This document shows positions 27,084 through 34,560 of a DNA stretch of 64,000 nt, in pieces. Both the position numbers and the translations under genes were made by a program. The first letter of the stretch is position 1; every line of letters starts with the position of its first letter. This stretch comes from Candidatus Thorarchaeota archaeon. GTDB lineage: Archaea > Asgardarchaeota > Thorarchaeia > Thorarchaeales > Thorarchaeaceae. Location: positions 1 through 64,000 of the forward strand of contig JBHLRZ010000012.1 of NCBI GenBank assembly GCA_048882045.1. Direction: 5' to 3'. The notes beneath the pieces were generated by a model. That model was given only the letters and a program-made list of their open reading frames with translations. It did no database searches and was not told the DNA's origin.

Positions 27084-27658
27084 AATCTCCTCTTTCTCAT
27101 TTCTTCCATTCGTTGGTCAAACTCGTCTGGAGTTTCATCCTCTTTCTTCAATCTGTCATCCTGATATTCAAAGAGAACGGATTCGCCCATCACCGCTGAA
27201 ACTATGAGGCGGAGTTCCTCTATTGTATATCTTATCCGTTCTCTGTCCTCTCCTCGGAGCATGACTATACTCTCTTTGGATCCGTCTGGAAGATAGAGAC
27301 TATTCACACCCACCTCGTTTGCAGGATGAATAAACTCTCGCACTACTCTACGGAGCTTGACGGGTCCCTCAACAATTATCGGTTCACCGAAGTAATCGGT
27401 TATCTCCTTGACCAGATCTTCCTCAGCAAGGATGAGTTCTTTCCCTCTCTTCTTGACAACGAGGACTATCTTCTCACCCACTCTTGCAGCTCTCAATAGT
27501 GTGAGATCAATTAGACTTGGATAGTCCTTCCCCTTCTCCAGCAACCACTTGCTAAATTCAATGTCAAAATGTTTGATTTCTCCTCTTTCGAGTCTTGCCT
27601 GACAATTTGTACAAAGCATGTCCGATTCCAGATCGAAGTTACAGACAGGTAGTCGCAT
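27080..27658 (-). CDS. NusA-like Zn-finger/KH protein (archaeal NusA2-type)
   Basis: MRLPVC..D....LC..CQ.RLE.GEI N-terminus. Confidence 0.7.
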   Translation of the reverse strand: MRLPVCNFDLESDMLCTNCQARLERGEIKHFDIEFSKWLLEKGKDYPSLIDLTLLRAARVGEKIVLVVKKRGKELILAEEDLVKEITDYFGEPIIVEGPVKLRRVVREFIHPANEVGVNSLYLPDGSKESIVMLRGEDRERIRYTIEELRLIVSAVMGESVLFEYQDDRLKKEDETPDEFDQRMEEMRKRRF

Positions 27659-27722
27659 CTATGTTTCCTCGCCAATCTCGAAGGCTCAGTTAAGACAGAG
27701 CTTCGGGCGAGGAAAGCATAGA
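27658..27722 (-). promoter_or_regulatory. Long intercistronic hairpin occluding the RBS and start of the nusA-like gene
   Basis: TCTATG-TTTCCTCGCC...GGCGAGGAAA-G-CATAGA, plus inner CGAAGGCTC/GAGCTTCG pairing. Confidence 0.65.
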
Positions 27723-27728
27723 ACTTGA

Positions 27729-28061
27729 CTACTTGGACAATGTTATGTCAATCGTTGAAACATTCAAGTCACTACCCTTGTCCGTTTGGACAGTTGTAGT
27801 CCCGATTTCTATGCTCTTCACTAGGAGGTCGGAAATGAACCTATGACGCGTTATCTCTGCAACATCAACAGCCCTGCTGATCAGCCTACCCCTTGCCTTG
27901 ATGACTACTTCATCTGCGCCCTTGTTGAACAAGGTCACACAAGCCAAGACATAGGACATGACATTCTTATTACCCACTAAGATACAGTCCAAATCGTCAT
28001 GGACCTTGTCCGAATCGGCTTTTTTGCTGCTCGACTTTCCGCCGGTGTTTTCCTCCGTCAA
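27729..28061 (-). CDS. albA: DNA/RNA-binding protein Alba
   Basis: [14 protein letters not shown] and [18 protein letters not shown] motifs. Confidence 0.95.
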   Translation of the reverse strand: MTEENTGGKSSSKKADSDKVHDDLDCILVGNKNVMSYVLACVTLFNKGADEVVIKARGRLISRAVDVAEITRHRFISDLLVKSIEIGTTTVQTDKGSDLNVSTIDITLSK

Positions 28062-28249
28062 CCGAAGTCTCTCCGCCTACTACTGTTGCCAGTAGACCAC
28101 AATAGGACTCAGTCTGATATAGATTTCGTTTCCAATCATAGAGTAACATCTAGACGAATTTATTATCGGAGGGACTCCTCTTAACATGGCGCTTTGCCAA
28201 ACCTTTTTCTTGGCTTGGTCTTGGCACACACCTCGGGAAGTATCAATAA

Positions 28250-29515
28250 ATGCCGAAGTTGACATTTCTAGGATCTTGCAGAGAGATTGGTAAATCCGGA
28301 TTTCTTGTTGAACAAAAGGATGAGAGTGTCCTGGTGGATTATGGTGTCAAATTCACTGATCCACCAACTTTCCCTGACATGGTGCCCACGGACAGCTTAC
28401 AGGGAATTGGACTCACACACGCTCATCTAGACCATTCGGGTGGTATTCCCAGTGTACTGTCTCATACTGAGGCATCCCTATTCTGTACACCTGCAACTCG
28501 TGACCTGAGTGTTCTTCTGCTTCGTGATATGTTCAAAATTTCCAAAGGACCACTTCCCTTTAATCGGAAGGATATCGCACTTGTCAAAAGACAATGTCAA
28601 GCCACACCCTATGAACAAACAATACCACTTGGTCATAACTTCGAGATGACACTGTTCAACGCTGGACATATTCCAGGAAGCTCCATGGTGTCAGTCAGAG
28701 TTGACGGGAAGCGGATTCTCTTCACCGGCGACTTTAACGCAACAGAGTCTCAACTGAACCTAGGTGCTAGGAAGAACCTCCCCAAACACGATATCGTTGT
28801 CACCGAGAGTACATACGCTCGTCGAGTCAATCCAAACCGGGAAGATATTGAGGTCGCCCTGATTGATACGGTGATTGAAACTCTTGAAAGGGGTGGGACT
28901 GTACTAATTCCCGCTTTTGCAGTAGGGCGAAGTCAGGAAATCATGTGCATCCTAGAACAGCATGAGATCCCTCGTAAGTATCCCATGTACATCGATGGCA
29001 TGGCTCGGGCTGTCAATGAAATTCTTGTGAAACATCCCGAATACCTTCAAAGTCCCCAATCATTTCAGAGGGCTGTGGGGAGGACTCATATCATCCACGA
29101 CAACCGAGATCGCACAAAGGCCGTTCAGAAGGGAGGCATCATCATCTCTCCAGCGGGGATGCTGAAGGGTGGTGCATCACATCTTTATTTCAAAATGCTC
29201 CATGATGACCCAAAGAATGCTATTGTACTTGTAAGTTACCAGATTCCTGGTACTCCAGGGGCTGAGATGCTTGCCACGAAAAAGGTGGTAGTAGGAAATC
29301 GGGAATTTGATGTCACAGCAGACATACGTCAGCATCATCTGTCATCTCATTCAGACTCCAAGGGTATGCTAGACATGCTCACTAGGATTCCCGGGGACCC
29401 TGAATTCTATGTTATCCATGGAGAACCAGAATCATGCGACGCTCTTGCTGAAAAGCTGGAAAAACGGAAACGTGTGGCACATGTGCCTGAGATAAACGAG
29501 AGTGTCAAAATCTAG
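28250..29515 (+). CDS. Beta-CASP metallo-beta-lactamase ribonuclease (aCPSF2-like)
   Basis: THAHLDHSG, AGHIPGS, ESTY and SSHSD motifs; no KH domains. Confidence 0.9.
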   Translation: MPKLTFLGSCREIGKSGFLVEQKDESVLVDYGVKFTDPPTFPDMVPTDSLQGIGLTHAHLDHSGGIPSVLSHTEASLFCTPATRDLSVLLLRDMFKISKGPLPFNRKDIALVKRQCQATPYEQTIPLGHNFEMTLFNAGHIPGSSMVSVRVDGKRILFTGDFNATESQLNLGARKNLPKHDIVVTESTYARRVNPNREDIEVALIDTVIETLERGGTVLIPAFAVGRSQEIMCILEQHEIPRKYPMYIDGMARAVNEILVKHPEYLQSPQSFQRAVGRTHIIHDNRDRTKAVQKGGIIISPAGMLKGGASHLYFKMLHDDPKNAIVLVSYQIPGTPGAEMLATKKVVVGNREFDVTADIRQHHLSSHSDSKGMLDMLTRIPGDPEFYVIHGEPESCDALAEKLEKRKRVAHVPEINESVKI

Positions 29516-29727
29516 GCTAAGGCTTCTCCACCTCTTGCCTCTACAACTTGACACTTGACCTGCTGGATGATTTCCTCGGCCTTTTGGGGCTCAACAACCA
29601 TTGTGTAGAGGTATTTCTTTGTGCGGAGTTTGAGCTTTACTTGGTCAGTACCTCTCTTGACCCTGCATTCCTCTGCATCCTCTGACATCTCGAGGAACTT
29701 ATCGACATCATAGATTTGTTTTGGCAT
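29512..29727 (-). CDS. rpl38e: 50S ribosomal protein L38e
   Basis: MPKQIYDVDKFL...VKLKLRTKKYLYT; ATG at 29727. Confidence 0.9.
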   Translation of the reverse strand: MPKQIYDVDKFLEMSEDAEECRVKRGTDQVKLKLRTKKYLYTMVVEPQKAEEIIQQVKCQVVEARGGEALA

Positions 29728-29754
29728 TGTTAAGCACCATTGTTTTCTGAGATT

Positions 29755-29777
29755 TGGTGGGCTGGACGAGATTTGAA
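29755..29777 (-). repeat. Inverted 22/23 copy of the tRNA-Val 3' end (positions 54-76)
   Basis: Minus strand TTCAAATCTCGTCCAGCCCACCA vs TTCAAATCTCGTCCGGCCCACCA at 30120-30142. Confidence 0.92.
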
Positions 29778-30005
29778 ATGGAATCCAACCTGAATGTCCA
29801 CCTGCTGATGGCACGGCTTATGATGTTGTTATAACTCTAACGCTATGAATTCATGTCTTTCTCGCAGTGATTTGACACGCAATATCCATCGAGTGCATTT
29901 GTGAATTTTACTAAATTGCGTGACGAAAATTCGATTGCTGCATTAAAGGTCAACAAAACTCAACGTCATTCTTATAACCGATAGACCCCCTCAAGTTCAA
30001 TGCAT

Positions 30006-30142
30006 GGGCCGGTGGTCTAGCCCGGTTATGATTTGGTCAAGTTTCTTGACCATCTAATACACGTCGCCTTCACAAATAGAGTTCCTTGGACCTCTATGGG
30101 ATTCGGCGAATATCATGAGTTCAAATCTCGTCCGGCCCACCA
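30006..30142 (+). tRNA. tRNA-Val(CAC) with two introns (23/24 and 37/38); CCA encoded
   Basis: Spliced model: GGGCCGG TG GTCT AGCCCGGTTA TGAC G TCGCC TTCACAC GGCGA ATATC ATGAG TTCAAAT CTCGT CCGGCCC ACCA. Introns at 30031-30060 and 30075-30103 each contain an internal hairpin. TATA-like CTTATAA at 29971. Confidence 0.9.
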
Positions 30143-30240
30143 CTTCTTCAAGAAACATGAGTGGTTGTTCAAGAATATTCAAACCCAGAAAATCCAATGA
30201 GATATATAGGGTAATTGATAATATCCTTTCGGGGATTGTA

Positions 30241-32085
30241 TTGGTCAAAAGGGCTTTTTCAATAATACTCATAGCTATCCTTGTAATTCTTGCTTTCAAT
30301 CAAGAGGCTGTATCTCCAAGTAACACAGAAATCAATACCATACAGTGCTTTGAGATTACAGGATATACAAGTCATGCCACGATATCAATTCAGAATAACG
30401 ATGACTTTGACTCACAGGGATGGCCGGGCAATGGCACCTCAGATGATCCTTACATTATCTCCGGATTGAATATCACTTCTGATGATCGATGTATTGTCAT
30501 AACAAACACAGATGTCTATTATAGAATTGAGAACTGCTATATCTCATCTTTAGGGGCGAGGAATCAGCTGGGCATATATCTCCTCAATGCTCCATTCGGA
30601 ACTGTAGATAATTGTAAGATAAACTCACATGAAGAAGGAATTCGTGTCCAAGATTCTCATCACTGCAATGTTACTAACAATATCCTCTACTACAATCTCT
30701 ACAATGGAATCTTCCTTTCAGTAGCGGACTATGCTATCGTGGAGAACAACACTTGCTACGATAACGACCAAGGGATTATCTTGAATAATTCGGTTCAAGG
30801 CGTTTTAAGAGATAACAATGTAACATTGAATAGAAATGGCCTTACAATATATAGTTCAGAAAATTCGCACGCTTATAACAACTCAGCAGTTGCTAATTCA
30901 GCACGAGGGTTTTCTTTGGCTTTTTCTGAATTTTGTACATTACAAGCAAACAATGCAACAAGCAACATAGAAGATGGATTCTATGTCCGTATTTCTGATA
31001 GTTGCAATCTTACAGACAATTATGCGAGAGATAATGACGAAGGATATGAATTACAAGAATCATCAAATATTCGGCTAGAATCAAATCAGGCGAAGGAAAA
31101 TTCTGGAACAGGAATTGCCTTGGATGATTCTCACAACTGTCTGTTTTTCCAAAATAATTTGTCTCAAAATTCAGGAGCGGGAGTCCAACTTTTTGGCGGT
31201 AGTTCCAACAATCATCTGGTTCTGAACAGGATTGAAGTAAATTCTCTAGGCAATGGTTTTGACTACGTTGGCACAAATCATTGGGATGATGGAGTAGAGT
31301 TTGGCAACTACTGGGGTGATTACGACGGAAGTGGTGTGTACAATCTCGATGGAACCGGTAACGCAGACGATAACTATCCATTTTCTTGTGGAGTAGTCCC
31401 GTTTCTTAATCATCCAAGAGATATCACAATTGAACTTGGTTCAGTAGGAAGCACAGTCACATGGAGCGCAAACGATGTCGACCAAGCCACTTACAAGATA
31501 TTTCAAAATACAACTCAGAAAATCTCCGAAGTGTGGGATGAGCCTTTCATTAGTGTAAGCCTGAATGGGTTGAACGTTTCCACCTACAATTTCACAATAG
31601 TAGTGACTGATACTCTAGATAATTCTGCACTTGATACAGTCTATGTTGAAGTTGTAGACACTACTTCTCCAGATGTTGATAGTCCTGTGGACATTGTATT
31701 TGAAGAAGGAACACCCGAGCAATTCATCATTTGGACTCCCTTTGATTTCGATCCGGATTCATACACAATACACAGAGATGGTATGTTGCTCATATCAGAA
31801 AGTTGGAATGGCTCTCAAGTAACAGTTAACATCACAGGATTGTCTGTGGGATCCTACACCTATGTGTTGAATCTGTATGATGGTAGTGGAAATTCAGAAA
31901 CAGACACTGTGATTGTTTCAGTAATTGAGCCTGTCACGACGGCTACAACAATCACATCAACCACAACAACATCTCCACTCACAGCTCCCATTCCTCTCGA
32001 TGCCACAACTTTGGTAGTAATTGCTTTGGGGATTGGAGTAGGGGTTATAGTCCTGGCTGTAGTTCTGATGAAGAAGAAATCATAG
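30241..32085 (+). CDS. Cell-surface glycoprotein with NosD/right-handed beta-helix repeats, Ig-like domains and a C-terminal TM
   Basis: GWPGNGT..DPYII, repeated N...N..GI.L..S, GNYW.DY and a Thr-rich linker. Likely start is TTG at 30241, since the ORF-track start lies inside the tRNA. Confidence 0.85.
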   Translation: MVKRAFSIILIAILVILAFNQEAVSPSNTEINTIQCFEITGYTSHATISIQNNDDFDSQGWPGNGTSDDPYIISGLNITSDDRCIVITNTDVYYRIENCYISSLGARNQLGIYLLNAPFGTVDNCKINSHEEGIRVQDSHHCNVTNNILYYNLYNGIFLSVADYAIVENNTCYDNDQGIILNNSVQGVLRDNNVTLNRNGLTIYSSENSHAYNNSAVANSARGFSLAFSEFCTLQANNATSNIEDGFYVRISDSCNLTDNYARDNDEGYELQESSNIRLESNQAKENSGTGIALDDSHNCLFFQNNLSQNSGAGVQLFGGSSNNHLVLNRIEVNSLGNGFDYVGTNHWDDGVEFGNYWGDYDGSGVYNLDGTGNADDNYPFSCGVVPFLNHPRDITIELGSVGSTVTWSANDVDQATYKIFQNTTQKISEVWDEPFISVSLNGLNVSTYNFTIVVTDTLDNSALDTVYVEVVDTTSPDVDSPVDIVFEEGTPEQFIIWTPFDFDPDSYTIHRDGMLLISESWNGSQVTVNITGLSVGSYTYVLNLYDGSGNSETDTVIVSVIEPVTTATTITSTTTTSPLTAPIPLDATTLVVIALGIGVGVIVLAVVLMKKKS

Positions 32086-32233
32086 GGTCAAGATTTCATT
32101 CATACCAATCATCTAGTGCATCTTCATCGAATAGCTACACTTCGTCCTCGACGAATTCAACAGTGATTTGATTTCCAACCGCTGAACCTGGCGTGAGTAC
32201 AGTGATTCCATGTTGATTTCCAGAAAACAGAGA

Positions 32234-32392
32234 TTACTTCTTTGAACGTCTCTTTGGTCTGAGGTCCTTGTTCTTGCATTTTCTGCACTTCTTTGCCTTA
32301 AGTGGATTAGTTGCTCCACAGTACCGGCAAATGGACTTGTACAGCAGATAGTGCTGTGCTAGCCTACGTTTTTCGATGTCAGCTACTGGCAT
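32234..32392 (-). CDS. rpl40e: 50S ribosomal protein L40e (below the ORF-track cutoff)
   Basis: Manual translation MPVADIEKRRLAQHYLLYKSICRYCGATNPLKAKKCRKCKNKDLRPKRRSKK*; GAGGT RBS. Confidence 0.93.
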   Translation of the reverse strand: MPVADIEKRRLAQHYLLYKSICRYCGATNPLKAKKCRKCKNKDLRPKRRSKK

Positions 32393-32495
32393 CTTATGAA
32401 CCTCATTTCATTGATGGCGAACAGAGTGGACTCTAGTTAGCCCGCTCGGCTTTCCAGCCGGGTTGTGTTTTAAAAGCTTGTGCTCTTTCCACAAA

Positions 32496-33365
32496 TCAGA
32501 GTGCTTCTTTCAAGAGTCTAGCCACATCACTCGGTCTGTCAGCCACTGCGATTCCAGCATCGTTGAGTGCCTTTATCTTTGCTGCGGCAGTCCCCGAACT
32601 CCCGCTGATGATTGCACCAGCATGACCCATACGTTTCCCTGGAGGTGCAGTCCGACCAGCGATGAATCCTACGACTGGAAGGTCGTATTCCTTCTTGATA
32701 TATGCTGCAGCCCGCTCCTCTGCGTCGCCGCCAATCTCGCCGACCAAGACCAATGCTTTTGTGTCCTTGTCAGCTTTGAATAGTTCCACTGCCTCAATTG
32801 TGGTCAGACCTACACACGGGTCTCCTCCAAGACCGATTGCTGTTGATATCCCAATACCTGCATTTGTCATTCCTGCAGCAATCTCATAGGTGAGAGTACC
32901 ACTTCTGGACATCAGACCTACATCGCCGTGTGAGAAGACATGACCAGGCATGATTCCAACCTTCTGTTTTACTCCGGGTGTGATGATTCCTGGTGTGTTT
33001 GGTCCAATCACTGTGATTCCCTTGTCTTTTGCAGCATGTATCACACGAATTTCATCCTTCACTGGGACATGTTCTGTGATTATCACTACTGGATTGAGGT
33101 CTGCTGCAATTGCCTCCAGGGCTGCATCCCCTGCAAAAGGCGCTGGGACGAATATAATCGAGGCATTTGCTTCTGTGGCTTTTTTAGCCCCACGTACACT
33201 ATCAAAGACTGGTATTCCATTGACCTCTTCTCCAGACTTTCCGGGAGTGACTCCTGCAACTATCTTAGTACCATAATCTAGCATGGCTGCTGAATGGAAT
33301 GTTCCCTGTCCACCAGTAATACCCTGTACTATGACCTTGGTGTCTTTGTTAACGAGAACCGCCAT
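32496..33365 (-). CDS. sucD: Succinyl-CoA ligase alpha subunit
   Basis: VQGITGGQG, SRSGTLTYE and GKRMGHAGA motifs. Confidence 0.96.
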   Translation of the reverse strand: MAVLVNKDTKVIVQGITGGQGTFHSAAMLDYGTKIVAGVTPGKSGEEVNGIPVFDSVRGAKKATEANASIIFVPAPFAGDAALEAIAADLNPVVIITEHVPVKDEIRVIHAAKDKGITVIGPNTPGIITPGVKQKVGIMPGHVFSHGDVGLMSRSGTLTYEIAAGMTNAGIGISTAIGLGGDPCVGLTTIEAVELFKADKDTKALVLVGEIGGDAEERAAAYIKKEYDLPVVGFIAGRTAPPGKRMGHAGAIISGSSGTAAAKIKALNDAGIAVADRPSDVARLLKEAL

Positions 33366-34511
33366 TTAGGCAACCTCCTTTACTAATTCGACCACTTTGT
33401 GGGCTGCTTCTTCCATCGTCTTGAGAAAGGGTATTCCTGCTTTGTTCAGAATCTTTTGCCCCTCTTCTTCATTGGTGCCTACCATTCGAATGACCATTGG
33501 TGCTGTAATGTCACCATCGTTCCTAGCAGCCAGAATGCCTTTTGCGACTTCATCACAACGAGTGATTCCTCCCATGATGTTGACCAATATCGCTTTCACT
33601 TTTGGATACATCAGTGCAATCTCAATCCCTTTTTCCACTCTTTCTGCATCGGCACCACCACCTAGGTCCAGGAAAGTGCTGGCTTTTCCTCCGTAGAGTG
33701 AAACTGCATCCAGTGTAGCCATTGTCAGACCTGCTCCGTTGCAGATACAGGCGATGTTTCCATCTAGTTCTACATACGCCATGTCATGGTCTGTGGCCAG
33801 TTTCTCGCGTTCGTTCTGCTCCACAGGTTCGCGTTTCAGTTTCTCGATGATGGCTTTGTGTCTGAACAACGAGTTATCATCGATGTTCAGTCGAGCATCA
33901 GCGGCAAAGAACTGACCATCCTTTGTGAGAATCAATGGATTGATCTCTGTAAGCTCGACATCGTAAGCTTCTACAATTTGCCAGAGCTTAAGGAAGAAGC
34001 TACCAAGCATGTTGATCTGCTTGCCTTTGAATCCCATTGCAATAGCCATCTGTCTCGCCTCGAAGGGCTGGAAACCCAGATTTGGATCAACGTGCATCTT
34101 GATGATTTTCTCAGGACTCTCTTCTGCTAGCTCCTCGATTGACATTCCACCGGCAGCACTACCTATCACGACGTACTTTCGTTCGTTCCTGTCAATTGTG
34201 ATTCCAGCATAGATTTCCTGCTCTATGTCGAGTTTCTCTTCAATCAGGACTGCGTCAACAGGGAGATCATTGATTCGCATCTTCAGTATCTCTTCAGCAG
34301 CCTTCTCGGCTTCCTGAGGTGTATCTGCAAACTTGACACCACCTGCTTTTCCTCTCTTTCCAGCAAGGACCATCGCCTTGACTACTACGGGCTTGCCTAC
34401 CTCAGTAGCTCGTTCCTTCGCCTCTTTTGGAGTCTTAGCAAAACCACCTGGAGGGGTTGGCATCTTGAAGGCACGGAAAATGTCCTTTGCCTCATGTTCA
34501 AACAACTTCAT
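33366..34511 (-). CDS. sucC: Succinyl-CoA ligase beta subunit
   Basis: MKLFEHEAK, RGKAGGV and NGAGLTMATLD motifs; ATG at 34511. Confidence 0.96.
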   Translation of the reverse strand: MKLFEHEAKDIFRAFKMPTPPGGFAKTPKEAKERATEVGKPVVVKAMVLAGKRGKAGGVKFADTPQEAEKAAEEILKMRINDLPVDAVLIEEKLDIEQEIYAGITIDRNERKYVVIGSAAGGMSIEELAEESPEKIIKMHVDPNLGFQPFEARQMAIAMGFKGKQINMLGSFFLKLWQIVEAYDVELTEINPLILTKDGQFFAADARLNIDDNSLFRHKAIIEKLKREPVEQNEREKLATDHDMAYVELDGNIACICNGAGLTMATLDAVSLYGGKASTFLDLGGGADAERVEKGIEIALMYPKVKAILVNIMGGITRCDEVAKGILAARNDGDITAPMVIRMVGTNEEEGQKILNKAGIPFLKTMEEAAHKVVELVKEVA

Positions 34512-34560
34512 GGACTTCACCCTGGGGCTAGGCGGCCTCAAGTCTACTCACGTAAAAATG

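Noticed and set aside
29755-29810. Inverted tRNA-Val fragment as the 3' half of a trans-spliced split tRNA
   Set aside because: The leader ends TTCCAT and cannot form the CAYG-pairing BHB helix needed at 53/54, and no matching 5' half is in the window. Not fully excluded.
30054-30299. ORF antisense to tRNA-Val, and the 30115 start of the surface gene
   Set aside because: Both overlap the tRNA; they are shadow or extension artefacts.
32088-32110. Distal direct repeat of the tRNA-Val 3' end after the surface gene
   Set aside because: Only 11/23 in AT-rich sequence.
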